Positions 1-8,388 of a DNA stretch of 64,000 bases are shown here, one piece after another. The position numbers and the translations under genes were made by a program. The stretch lies in IMG/VR virus record IMGVR_UViG_2867134129_000001, positions 18,165 through 82,164 of that record. One strand, 5' to 3'. Within the stretch, counting starts at the first letter, position 1, and each line of letters starts with the position of its first letter. The notes beneath the pieces were generated by a model. It was not told where the DNA came from and did not search any database. It saw only the letters and a program-made list of their open reading frames with translations. This DNA is from a virus. Lineage: Duplodnaviria; Caudoviricetes.

Positions 1-1
1 G

Positions 2-124
2 GCGACCCTCGACGACACCTGGCCCATCCTGCAAATGATCACAGCATGGGACAAGGTCACCAGCCGAAAACGCCACCGCGCCGACTACCTCGCAATGGCC
101 GACCGCATCCTCGCCCAGCTATAA
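2..124 (+). CDS. C-terminal fragment of a hypothetical protein (truncated by window edge)
   Basis: Open frame ATLDDTWPILQ...RILAQL* with GC3-rich codons, followed by a GC hairpin at about 136-158. Confidence 0.5.
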   Translation, partial: ATLDDTWPILQMITAWDKVTSRKRHRADYLAMADRILAQL

Positions 125-167
125 CAACACCAGCGGCCCCCGCCGGAAGGGGGGGGCGCAGCCAATC

Positions 168-629
168 TCAACGTTTCGTGGGCCAGATTTCATGCCGAGC
201 ATCCCACCACACCACATGAAAGACGTTCCCGACCAAAAAACCCCAGAGCCGGCCAGCGCTCCCGATCCGCAACTTCCAGATCTGCGTCATGTCGGATAAA
301 CCCAACGCGTCAAGCCGGGCCAGCGCGACCCTATTCGGCAAAGTATGAACATCGTGACGCTTCCCAGGCCATTCGCCCTGATGGAACAGCTCGTGCATCG
401 TCTGGCTCTCGAACTTCGCCATATCCTGAAGCAACGCCATCAAACGCTCATGATCCAGCGACACGAGCCCCCACGGGCCATCCAAGTCCAAATGGCTGAA
501 CCGCCAGCACACCCGCTCCTCAGACGTCCTGCTGCTCGGCAGGAGCAAGGCCGGATCCCCAGTGCGCTTCTCGTCCGAGATAGACCCGGGCGGGACGCTG
601 ACCTTCTTCCCCTTCCCCCCTTTGCCCAT
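168..629 (-). CDS. Putative toxin partner (PanT-like, possibly RelE-like RNase)
   Basis: Start overlaps the stop of the Panacea gene; C-terminal 'WKLRIGSAGRLWGFLVGNVFHVVWWD..H' resembles RelE-like RNase toxins. Confidence 0.6.
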   Translation of the reverse strand: MGKGGKGKKVSVPPGSISDEKRTGDPALLLPSSRTSEERVCWRFSHLDLDGPWGLVSLDHERLMALLQDMAKFESQTMHELFHQGEWPGKRHDVHTLPNRVALARLDALGLSDMTQIWKLRIGSAGRLWGFLVGNVFHVVWWDARHEIWPTKR

Positions 630-1087
630 CAGTCTTCGCGGCCCGCCAACGCACCGAAGAAGTCGGCGATCTCCTCATCCCGCAGCTCTTCGTTGCTGCG
701 CTGGAGGTCGTCCTCCAGGCCCGCCCGCCGCCGGGCATCCAGCCAAGGGCCGGGCCGATGCGTCATCGCGGACAGCTCATGGGCAGAAAACGCCTTGAAA
801 CTCTCCAGCACGGCGTCGATCGACTCACGCTCGCCCACATCCAGCTTCGACGGGTCGCCGTGAATATCGCCGCTCTCAAGTCGGAACTGGCCGCGGTGCT
901 CGGCGTACAACTCGTACACCACCGGCCCGTTCGCCCACGCCTCGAAACGCTCCGGGAACAGCTGCCGGTCCTCCCAGGCCAGGTGGTACCCGTAGGCGAA
1001 ATAGCAGAGCTTCTGCAACTTCATCGCGGACATCGGACTGTCCTTGCGCAGTATGTACGCGGCCACGTCCTGAACGCTCGCTGTCAT
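629..1087 (-). CDS. Panacea/SocA (DUF4065, GepA-like) antitoxin
   Basis: Motifs 'MKLQKLCYFAYG', 'FEAWANGPV', 'LSAMTH..GPW'. Confidence 0.9.
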   Translation of the reverse strand: MTASVQDVAAYILRKDSPMSAMKLQKLCYFAYGYHLAWEDRQLFPERFEAWANGPVVYELYAEHRGQFRLESGDIHGDPSKLDVGERESIDAVLESFKAFSAHELSAMTHRPGPWLDARRRAGLEDDLQRSNEELRDEEIADFFGALAGRED

Positions 1088-1249
1088 GGTGTCCCCTCTG
1101 GTGCCTGTTCCTCACCGTAGATGAGTCCTCTCCGGGTGCGACTCGGCGGGTCTACGGGCAGGACGGCACATCCCCCAGACAGCCCACCGTAGCGACTGGA
1201 GCTGGCACCGGTAAGAGGCAGGGTGAAGGTCTGGACAACCCATGACGTG

Positions 1250-1265
1250 TCGATCGCACGTTCGA
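1250..1265. promoter_or_regulatory. Candidate LexA (SOS) box upstream of the TA operon
   Basis: TCGATC-GCAC-GTTCGA, one mismatch to actinobacterial TCGAAC-N4-GTTCGA. Confidence 0.45.
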
Positions 1266-1411
1266 ATAACTGGTGGGAGGAGTCCACCCAGAGGCCCAAT
1301 CGTCCAGCCCCACGGAACCGCGTGACGAACGGGCCCGAACACGCCGCGACCCCCATCAATCGGTGGAGGTCACGGCGCACGTGCGCCTTCGGGGACCACG
1401 AGGGCACAGGG

Positions 1412-1831
1412 TCACGACGCCTCACCCTCCTGCGGCGGGTAGGCGATGGCGAGCCCCGGCACCTCCTGCGCAATCCGGGCAACAACCGCCCGGTGCCAGG
1501 AAGCCGGGAACGGAACCTCGGGGTGCGCTGCGTGGTACTCGGCATCCGTCCGGTACGTGAACACCCCAGGCCCTGGGAGGTCAAGAAGCTTGCTGACGGC
1601 GCCAGCCACGAACTCACCGGTACGGGCCTCCAGGCTCTCCATCTCCAAACGCACCCCGTCAGGGACGGCGTACTTGCCCTGCTCCCAGTGCCGCACCGTG
1701 CGGGGGGACACCCCGAGGTGGGCGGCGAGCCAGTCCCCGGTCAGGCCGAGCCAGTCCCGGACCACACGGAACTCGGCGTCCGTCATCCGCTCATCGTCGG
1801 ACATCCCGGGAGGGTCGGTGTGCTCAGTCAT
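1412..1831 (-). CDS. HTH regulator, DUF1870/YdiL/Aca2-like
   Basis: 'EFRVVRDWLGLTGDWLAAHLGVSPRTVRHWEQGKYAVPDGV' HTH plus C-terminal 'PASWHRAVVAR'. Confidence 0.75.
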   Translation of the reverse strand: MTEHTDPPGMSDDERMTDAEFRVVRDWLGLTGDWLAAHLGVSPRTVRHWEQGKYAVPDGVRLEMESLEARTGEFVAGAVSKLLDLPGPGVFTYRTDAEYHAAHPEVPFPASWHRAVVARIAQEVPGLAIAYPPQEGEAS

Positions 1832-1886
1832 GCTGGGGCCTCCAGGCCGTAAGCCCCGGCGGTATCCGCCGGGGCTGGGGTGGCCG

Positions 1887-2222
1887 TCAGTTGTCGACGT
1901 CGTGCTTCTGGATGATCGTCCACAGGTCGACGTCCTGGATCGCTTCGCGGATGTCGAAGTCGCCGATCTCGTCGGTGTAGTCGGGGTCGGTGTGGTGCAG
2001 GCCGATGAACTCGTTGCCCGCGATGGAGATGCCGGCGGGGAGGGCGTCTTCGATGGCGTCGCGGTAGTCGGAGGCGATGAGGTCGAGGGCGCCGCTGCTC
2101 TCCATGCGCTCCTGCCAGTCGCTGGGGCCGCCGTTGATGGCGTCCACGATGCTGGCCTCGACGGACAGGTTGCCGCTGTCGCCGTGGTTGTTCCAGGTGC
2201 CGTAGCTGGTGGTGACGTTCAT
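1887..2222 (-). CDS. Small, highly acidic hypothetical protein (anti-defence candidate)
   Basis: 111 aa, 23 D/E vs 4 K/R; GAAGGA RBS; upstream of the Aca2-like HTH gene. Confidence 0.75.
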   Translation of the reverse strand: MNVTTSYGTWNNHGDSGNLSVEASIVDAINGGPSDWQERMESSGALDLIASDYRDAIEDALPAGISIAGNEFIGLHHTDPDYTDEIGDFDIREAIQDVDLWTIIQKHDVDN

Positions 2223-2275
2223 GGCCGGGTCCTTCCGGTGGAGTCTGGGGCTGTTCCCCTGACCTCATGACGACA

Positions 2276-2304
2276 ACATTAGCTTCCTGTTTTAGGAAGC
2301 GCAA
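2276..2304 (-). promoter_or_regulatory. Sigma70-type promoter with an inverted-repeat operator in the spacer
   Basis: TTGCGC-17 bp-TAATGT on minus; IR GCTTCCT-N5-AGGAAGC at 2282-2300. Confidence 0.75.
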
Positions 2305-2347
2305 GGGGTGTCGCGCAGAAGAGTGAGAACCCATCAGAAACCCCAGC

Positions 2348-3493
2348 TCAGAAACGCATCGCCGGATGGCACCGCTGGCACAGGGTGGTCGTCGGCAACC
2401 CGTCATGGCCGGTCGCATCCCGCCGGCGGGTCACCTCGCCGCAGTCCGGGTCCCCGCAGTGCGGTACCGTCTCCCACCCTTGAGGCCGCGACCCGTTCCG
2501 GCCTTCCTCCTCCAGGCGCCCCCACGAGTCCTGGTACGGCCTGTGCGGGCCCGAACGCCCGGCAAGCTGCATCCACCCATCCACGACCGCATCCGTGCCC
2601 TCCAGGGGCCGTCTCGCAGCCTCACGGAACGCCACCGGGTCCGGCAGCTCATCCGCAGCCAGCCGGTGCACGTACACTGCCGCAGCAGAGTTCACCGCGG
2701 CACCACCGAGGTCGAGGTACGTCTTCAAGTCCTGCTCGACCCAACCGGCGTCCAGGGCGGCAGCGACAAGGCCGACCAACCGTCCGCGCTGCTTCGACCC
2801 CGGCGGGCGACCACGGAAGTCCAGCGCGGACACGAAGGGCTCGGCCTGCGGGTGCAGTTCCGGCGTACCAGTGGCGGTACCTCGGTCTTCGTCTTGATGA
2901 AGGAAATCGCCACCGCCTCCTCCCTGCCCAGCCGGCTCATCACCTGCAGACGGCAGCGGGCCGGAGGAGGAGGGAGAGTCTTGAGGAGAAGCAAGGAGAA
3001 GAACAGGAGAAGGGGGCCCAACGGTGGTTGGCCCTTCACCCACCACGGTTGGGCCTTCGCCCACTGTGGTTGGGCCTTCCGCAACCACGGTTGGGCCTTC
3101 AGGCGTCAAAGGCCCAACCGTGGTTGGCCCTTCCGGCTCACAAGGTCCAACGCTGGTTGGGGCTTCGAAATCCGGCACCCGGAACTGCATCGCCACACCC
3201 GGCACCGCATACAACGGACGGCCATCCCGGCCCGTACCGATCGGCAACCGGAACTCCCAGCCCGCCACCGCAAGCCGACGCAGCATCTCCCGGACGCTCA
3301 GCTCATCCTTCGCACCCGTCCACCGCACCAAGTCCGCCAAGCGCACCTTGCTGCGCCTGCCCCGGGCCGCGTCGAACCGCCACTCGTCGTCATACCGGGC
3401 GTCATCCGCGATCTCCAACGCCACCGCCCGCTGCAAACCCTTGATCTCCGGCCCCAACGCCTCACGCAACTCACGGCGCAACTCGCTACTCAT
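2348..3493 (-). CDS. Putative replication initiator (phage O-like organisation)
   Basis: Start MSSELRR after GGAGG; N-terminal helical domain, internal EGPTxVG repeats, C-terminal Cys pairs; last gene of the Bro-N operon. Confidence 0.6.
   Translation of the reverse strand: MSSELRRELREALGPEIKGLQRAVALEIADDARYDDEWRFDAARGRRSKVRLADLVRWTGAKDELSVREMLRRLAVAGWEFRLPIGTGRDGRPLYAVPGVAMQFRVPDFEAPTSVGPCEPEGPTTVGPLTPEGPTVVAEGPTTVGEGPTVVGEGPTTVGPPSPVLLLASPQDSPSSSGPLPSAGDEPAGQGGGGGDFLHQDEDRGTATGTPELHPQAEPFVSALDFRGRPPGSKQRGRLVGLVAAALDAGWVEQDLKTYLDLGGAAVNSAAAVYVHRLAADELPDPVAFREAARRPLEGTDAVVDGWMQLAGRSGPHRPYQDSWGRLEEEGRNGSRPQGWETVPHCGDPDCGEVTRRRDATGHDGLPTTTLCQRCHPAMRF
3018..3166. repeat. Six iteron-like repeats ending GGTTGG(G/C)CCTTC inside the rep gene
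   Basis: Units at 3018, 3039, 3060, 3081 (21-bp period), then 3114, 3147 (33-bp period). Confidence 0.85.
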
Positions 3494-3578
3494 CACAACC
3501 TCCACCGCACCGACCAACGCCGAGCAGCACAAACACAGCACTCCTGAGGGAACGCGGGACCCGCCCGCCGATCTGGAA

Positions 3579-3608
3579 ACGGCCGGGCAGCTGGTGCTGC
3601 CCGGCCGT
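3579..3608. terminator. 13-bp perfect stem-loop between the bro and rep genes
   Basis: ACGGCCGGGCAGC-TGGT-GCTGCCCGGCCGT. Confidence 0.5.
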
Positions 3609-3623
3609 AAGGAACCGCAGGGG

Positions 3624-4391
3624 TCAGGCGCTAAGGGCGACCTGGCCGCCCGACTCGAACATGCCGATCTCGTCGGCGATCTCCGCGTACACCTGCTCCA
3701 GCAGCGGGCGGTCGTCCTCGACGTATGCGACGACCTTGTCGATCCGCGAACCGGCAGGCCCCGGGATCTTCTCCGGGCGCTTCCCATGCACCTTCAGGTA
3801 CCGGTTTGAAACCCGGACCCCGAACCCCGACTGGAACTTCGCCACGGTCGCCGGCTTGTGCCCCTTCTCCGCGAGGAACGTCGACGCGTACAGAGGCGTC
3901 TCCGCGGAGTCGAGCTCGGGCCGCTCGCCCATCGCCCGCGCCATGATGACCTTGCCGGTCGCCGCCGCGTAGGACTCCGGCAGGACGTGCCGCAGGATCG
4001 CGAGCACCTCGGCCTGCTCCCGGTACGGAAGGGGCCCAGCCGCCGTAGTGACCTCCCGCACCGGCTCCGCCTCGAACCGCCCGGTCTCCCGGATCTCGCG
4101 CAGGATTGCCTTGACGCGCTTCTTGATCTCTTTCGCGCCAGGGAGGGTGCTGCGGAAGATCAGCTCCCACATGCCGTCCTCGTAGATGACGTTCAAGCGC
4201 TGCGGACCGCCGGGGGTCAGCACGATTTGCTGACCCTTTTCGTCATCACCCAGGAGGCGCGTTGCGTCGCTCGCCTGCCCGTACCCCATGGCCTTCGCGT
4301 AGTCCGATGCCACGGCGTAGGGGGTGCCGTGCTCGGTGACACCGAAACGGATGTCCGACCCCGAGACGTTGAACAACTGCACTGCGCTCAT
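3624..4391 (-). CDS. Bro-N domain antirepressor-like protein
   Basis: 'TPGGPQRLNVIYEDGMWELIFRSTLPGAKEIKKRV..ILREIRETGRF'. Confidence 0.9.
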   Translation of the reverse strand: MSAVQLFNVSGSDIRFGVTEHGTPYAVASDYAKAMGYGQASDATRLLGDDEKGQQIVLTPGGPQRLNVIYEDGMWELIFRSTLPGAKEIKKRVKAILREIRETGRFEAEPVREVTTAAGPLPYREQAEVLAILRHVLPESYAAATGKVIMARAMGERPELDSAETPLYASTFLAEKGHKPATVAKFQSGFGVRVSNRYLKVHGKRPEKIPGPAGSRIDKVVAYVEDDRPLLEQVYAEIADEIGMFESGGQVALSA

Positions 4392-4765
4392 CAGATGGCG
4401 TCCATCTGCCGGCGAAGCACGCGCAGGGTGTCGACGAACGCCTGCATCTGTGCGATGAGGATGTCGGCGCCATTCTTGTCGACCTCGGCGTCGGTCTCGC
4501 CGCTCAGGTACATGACGAGCGTGTCATCGTCCGGCGTGCGGTCGATCTTGAGGAGCTGAGCCTTGATGAGAGCGTCAGCCACATCGCCGTCGAGCGGATC
4601 GGGGTTTGCCACGCTGTGCTCTGCCGAGAGGTGGACGGTCATGCGCATGGTGGCGCATGCCGCCGCCTGGTGGCTTTCGCGGCACCAGGCCGGGCAGAGG
4701 GTGGGGTGCGCGGCGTGGGTGTCACCCTCAGGCGCATCTACGGATCCGGGCAGTAGAGTAGTCAC
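4391..4765 (-). CDS. Hypothetical protein (DUF6907-like)
   Basis: 'CPAWC..H' N-terminus and helical C-terminus; coupled to bro. Confidence 0.65.
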   Translation of the reverse strand: MTTLLPGSVDAPEGDTHAAHPTLCPAWCRESHQAAACATMRMTVHLSAEHSVANPDPLDGDVADALIKAQLLKIDRTPDDDTLVMYLSGETDAEVDKNGADILIAQMQAFVDTLRVLRRQMDAI

Positions 4766-4866
4766 GTGGACTTCCTCTCTTCGCAGGGAAGGGTCTCCGA
4801 TCAGCGAGGTGCAACTCGCTGTGCGAACCGGCCGAGGCGTTTGAGCGCCTCGGCCGTTCTCGTCTC

Positions 4867-4895
4867 AAGCTAAGCCCATTCTGAGCCGAAGGCAA
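4867..4895 (-). promoter_or_regulatory. Promoter of the antirepressor/rep operon, divergent from the repressor
   Basis: TTGCCT-17 bp-TAGCTT on minus; adjacent palindrome GCCTA-GT-TAGGC at 4896-4907. Confidence 0.55.
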
Positions 4896-4961
4896 GCCTA
4901 GTTAGGCATTCGGTGTGCGTCGGGGGTGGCGCCCACGGCTCTACCTGTGCATGATGTGCCT

Positions 4962-5363
4962 ATGAGTGAGGACTACGAGGCGCTAGGGAGGGCCGTAAGG
5001 GAGGCCCGGATCCGCCAAGGCATGACGCAGACCCAGTTGGCCGAGGTGGCTGGAGTGTCGCGAGCCACGCTTCAAAATTTGGAGCGCGGCGGAAGGCTGC
5101 GGAGCCTCAACCTAGTGAAGATCGAGTCGGTGCTGGGGTGGGCCCCAGGATCCGTCCAAGCTCTCCTCGAAGGGGGCGCCCCCAGCCCGATAGAGGAGAT
5201 GCCGGAAGCGGTCGGGGCCTCCTCGGTCACCCTCTCCGAAGAGGAGCTTGCGCAGGCAGTCACCAGCGCCATGGTCGCCACGGTCGACACTGTAACCGCC
5301 GCAGAAATCCGCGAGGTCGCGCGGAGGATGGTTGAGGATCTTAAGCAACGCGGAATCCTCTGA
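4962..5363 (+). CDS. XRE-family HTH repressor, probably leaderless
   Basis: 'GMTQTQLAEVAGVSRATLQNLERG'; CATGAT -10-like hexamer 6 nt before ATG. Confidence 0.85.
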   Translation: MSEDYEALGRAVREARIRQGMTQTQLAEVAGVSRATLQNLERGGRLRSLNLVKIESVLGWAPGSVQALLEGGAPSPIEEMPEAVGASSVTLSEEELAQAVTSAMVATVDTVTAAEIREVARRMVEDLKQRGIL

Positions 5364-5386
5364 GTCCTCCGCATCCTGGGCGCAAG

Positions 5387-5411
5387 AAGGCCCCGCCAGT
5401 GGCGGGGCCTT
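5387..5411. terminator. Bidirectional intrinsic terminator
   Basis: AAGGCCCCGCCA-G-TGGCGGGGCCTT between convergent genes. Confidence 0.8.
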
Positions 5412-5425
5412 TCGATTGTCCTGGT

Positions 5426-5833
5426 CTAGCGGCGGAGCGCCTCATCCAGGTACTCCTGCACGGGCCCAAACAGCCCCCACGGCACGTACTTCGCGATCTC
5501 CTCGTGCCTGATCCATTCCACTGCGGCGATCTCTTCGGCGTCCCCGACGATGGCGTCTCCGGAGATCAGCTCGCACGCCACATACGTCATTGGCACCCCT
5601 GTCTGCGGGTGGACCCGGTCACCGAGGACTCGGACGGCCTTGACCTCCAGGCCGACCTCCTCCGCGGTCTCCCGCACCGCGGCCTGCTCCGGGGACTCGC
5701 CGGCCTCGATGCCGCCGCCGGGGAACGCCCACAGCAGCTTCCCCTCCCGCTGCTGCCGCCGGATCATCAGCACCTTCCCTCTGTCGACGATGATCGCCGT
5801 GGAGACGGGGGGCTGGACACTCTGCTCGGTCAC
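5426..5833 (-). CDS. NUDIX hydrolase
   Basis: Nudix box 'GGGIEAGESPEQAAVRETAEEVG'. Confidence 0.92.
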   Translation of the reverse strand: MTEQSVQPPVSTAIIVDRGKVLMIRRQQREGKLLWAFPGGGIEAGESPEQAAVRETAEEVGLEVKAVRVLGDRVHPQTGVPMTYVACELISGDAIVGDAEEIAAVEWIRHEEIAKYVPWGLFGPVQEYLDEALRR

Positions 5834-6468
5834 GCTGCCTCCAAGGCACTCAAGATCGGCGGGTAGATGTTCTCGGCAGGGATGAAACGGGTCAGGGCGG
5901 CGAGGGGCACCCAAGCGACGTCCATGTTCTCGACCGCGTCCAGGTTGCTGGCCTCGCCGGCGAGATAGTCGCAGAGGACGTAGCTGGCCAGCACCCCGGT
6001 TTTCGGGTGAACCCGGGTGCCGAGCTCCTCGCGGACCGCAACGTGGACCCCGGTCTCCGCGTGGGTCTCCTGCACCGCCACCGACGCCACGGCGGCGCCC
6101 GGCTTGCACATCCCGGCCGGGAACTGCCAACTGAGCGCGTCATCGCCGCGGCGGCACACGAGGAGCACCTCGGCCCCGCGCAGCACCACGGCGATAGCGA
6201 CCCGGAGCACCTGCGCCTCAGCCTGGGCGGGCTCCTCGGGCGGGCGGGACAGAAGGGTGAAGCGGCGTCTCACGTGCTCGGTAGCCCTCTCGTAGGTGGT
6301 GTCGAGGGCCTGCTGCATCTCGGTGCGCGGCACGATCTCCGGGTTTTTGTGCCAGCCGGCGACCGTGCGAACCGCAACCCCGAGCTTCGCGGCGAAGCTC
6401 TCGTTCGTCATGCGGAGTGCGGCCTGCAACGCGCAGGCGGTGCGGCCGGTCCACGTGGTGACGTTCAC
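5830..6468 (-). CDS. HTH-NUDIX fusion protein
   Basis: N-terminal HTH 'MTNESFAAKLGVAVRTVAGW'; degenerate Nudix box 'GMCKPGAAVASVAVQETHAETG'. Confidence 0.85.
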   Translation of the reverse strand: MNVTTWTGRTACALQAALRMTNESFAAKLGVAVRTVAGWHKNPEIVPRTEMQQALDTTYERATEHVRRRFTLLSRPPEEPAQAEAQVLRVAIAVVLRGAEVLLVCRRGDDALSWQFPAGMCKPGAAVASVAVQETHAETGVHVAVREELGTRVHPKTGVLASYVLCDYLAGEASNLDAVENMDVAWVPLAALTRFIPAENIYPPILSALEAA

Positions 6469-6621
6469 TATCCGGCTCCCCGGGTCGTGGCGTTGCGGGT
6501 TCTGCATCACTGCTGCACTGCTACTGCACTGCGGGCCGATCCGGTGCACTGCCACCGCACTGGAAGCTCATCGCCCGGTAAGCCGGCCGCCGGTTGACTT
6601 GAAGGCATGGAGATCAGCCGT

Positions 6622-6861
6622 TCACCTGGAAGCCCGCGAGATTTGCTCCGCTCTGGAGCCGGTCACGCCAAGCAGGTCGCCGACCTGTTGCCAGGAGCGT
6701 CCTTCGTGGAGGTTCCGGGCGATCTCGGCTTTGACGTCCTTGAGATTGGCGTCGAGTTGCGCTTCGAGGTTCTTGACCGCCTGGTACCGCTCGACGTCGT
6801 CGCTGATCTCTTTGATGGCCGCGATCAGCGACGTCGCGCGGGCTTCCAGGGTGTCGGTCAT
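6622..6861 (-). CDS. Small HTH protein, probable repressor of the transfer operon
   Basis: 'GRSWQQVGDLLGVTGSRAEQI'; divergent from the tra operon; TACTCT hexamer 6 nt before ATG. Confidence 0.75.
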   Translation of the reverse strand: MTDTLEARATSLIAAIKEISDDVERYQAVKNLEAQLDANLKDVKAEIARNLHEGRSWQQVGDLLGVTGSRAEQISRASR

Positions 6862-6892
6862 GGAATGAGAGTAGGGGCCGATCCGGGCCACT

Positions 6893-6961
6893 TCAAGCAG
6901 TTGCTTGACGCGGGCCGGGTGCAGGTCTACTGTCTAACTCAGCACTCCAAGCACCGCTTGA
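6893..6961 (+). promoter_or_regulatory. Promoter of the spd/tra operon with two palindromic operators
   Basis: TTGACG(6905)-17 bp-TACTGT(6928); TCAAGCA-GT-TGCTTGA at 6893-6908 and CAAGC-ACC-GCTTG at 6948-6960. Confidence 0.8.
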
Positions 6962-7086
6962 AGCGCCGTTCACTCCTACCGGGCATGCCCGCGAACGGTG
7001 CGACAACGAAAACGGGCCGGATGCCAGCGACTCCTACATCGCGCAGCATCCGACCCTCACCGCCAAGGTCTATGAAGGAGACCCCG

Positions 7087-7356
7087 ATGGCTGTGCAGAA
7101 CTCTACCGTCGAGCGCCCCGCGCTCAGCGACCTATCCCCGGCCGACATCGCCGCCCACGAGGCTGGCTCGTATGTCCGCCGCGAGACAGTCTCGTACACC
7201 GACCTCGCCCGTGCTCGGCACGACCAGGACTGCGCCCGGTGCCGCACTCTCACCGAGGAGAGCGACGCCCGCGCTGCGGCTTACGGCGAGTCCATTCGTC
7301 GCCGCGACCGCCAGCAGCTCGGCCTCCAGCGTGTGATCGCCGGGAGCATCCGGTGA
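7087..7356 (+). CDS. Hypothetical protein
   Basis: AAGGAG RBS; first gene after the promoter. Confidence 0.6.
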   Translation: MAVQNSTVERPALSDLSPADIAAHEAGSYVRRETVSYTDLARARHDQDCARCRTLTEESDARAAAYGESIRRRDRQQLGLQRVIAGSIR

Positions 7357-7719
7357 TCGCCCCGATGTCTGCGGCGGACCGCAAGGCTCACGTGAAGGCG
7401 TCGCACCGCCGCCTGGCCCGGGTTTCCCAGGAGTCCCCGACCCCGCCCTCGGATCCGGCTGCTCGCCGCCGGTTCATCGCGCAGCGGCAGTGGTGACTGG
7501 CTGTGTTCGGGTCTGCTGACTTGTGTTCCGCTGACCGTGACACTCGTCTCCGCTTGGACCGCATCAATCGGGCTGCGGTGGCTGCCGAGGCTGCGAAGGC
7601 GAAGCGGGAAGCCGCCGCGAAGGCGCGTACCGCCCACTGACTTCCGCGCCCCTGTCGGCGAACTCCCCCGGTCGGCCGGGGTGCGGCTCTCCACCCTCAC
7701 CCACCCTGGAAGGACAGTC

Positions 7720-7959
7720 ATGCCCAGTCTCGACATTCCTGACGTGCACGTGCTGCTGGCCGCCGAGGGGACTCTGCTCCTCGATCGCCCGCAGAGTGAA
7801 GCCGACGTGTCGGCCGCAGTCGCCCAGGCGCTGGAGGCGGTGACCCAGGCGTACCGGGTTGCTTACGCCCACGCCGGTGGTGACGACGAGGACGACACGG
7901 TTGACGGCCTCGACATGGCGTTCCACCTGCTCCGCAGCATCGCCAACGACCTGAAGTAA
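7720..7959 (+). CDS. Hypothetical protein
   Basis: GAAGGA RBS, GC3-biased codons. Confidence 0.6.
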   Translation: MPSLDIPDVHVLLAAEGTLLLDRPQSEADVSAAVAQALEAVTQAYRVAYAHAGGDDEDDTVDGLDMAFHLLRSIANDLK

Positions 7960-8002
7960 CCCCCACCCCAACACCCCACTTCACCACTCGAAGGGCACCT
8001 CC

Positions 8003-8302
8003 ATGTCTCCGTACCTGATGAACGCTGCTGACCTCGCTGTCTTGTCTGATGCGGACACGGCGACCGTTTCCTCGCTGGCTGCCCGCCGCCGGTCGCAGAT
8101 CACCGTTGCTCAGGCCGAGCAGCTGGCTGCTGACCGCCTCGCAGTGTCCCTGTTGTCGGAGTTCCGGGCGGCGTGGTCGGTCGGTGACCACGACCAGATG
8201 ACGGCTGTGGTGCTTGCCGCGATTGACCTGGATCAGGCCGCCCCGGGTTCGCCGCGGTTGATGGATGAGATTCGCGGGCTGAACACCCCGGCCGCGGCCT
8301 GA
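8003..8302 (+). CDS. Hypothetical protein
   Basis: ORF with RBS in the operon. Confidence 0.6.
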   Translation: MSPYLMNAADLAVLSDADTATVSSLAARRRSQITVAQAEQLAADRLAVSLLSEFRAAWSVGDHDQMTAVVLAAIDLDQAAPGSPRLMDEIRGLNTPAAA

Positions 8303-8388
8303 CCCGCGCAGCCGTCCCGGAGCACCATCCCTGCGAGGTTCGGCCGAGCCGACAGACCGGACCCCGCCCCACTCCGAAAGGACCCGCC

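Noticed and set aside
3018-3166. Repeat array as a CRISPR or mini-array
   Set aside because: Units are adjacent or separated by only 1-13 bp, there are no unique 30-40 bp spacers, no cas genes are present, and the array is in frame within a CDS
6506-6563. Short GCACTGC repeats upstream of the HTH-NUDIX gene
   Set aside because: Four short, irregularly spaced copies; possibly an operator but too weak to call
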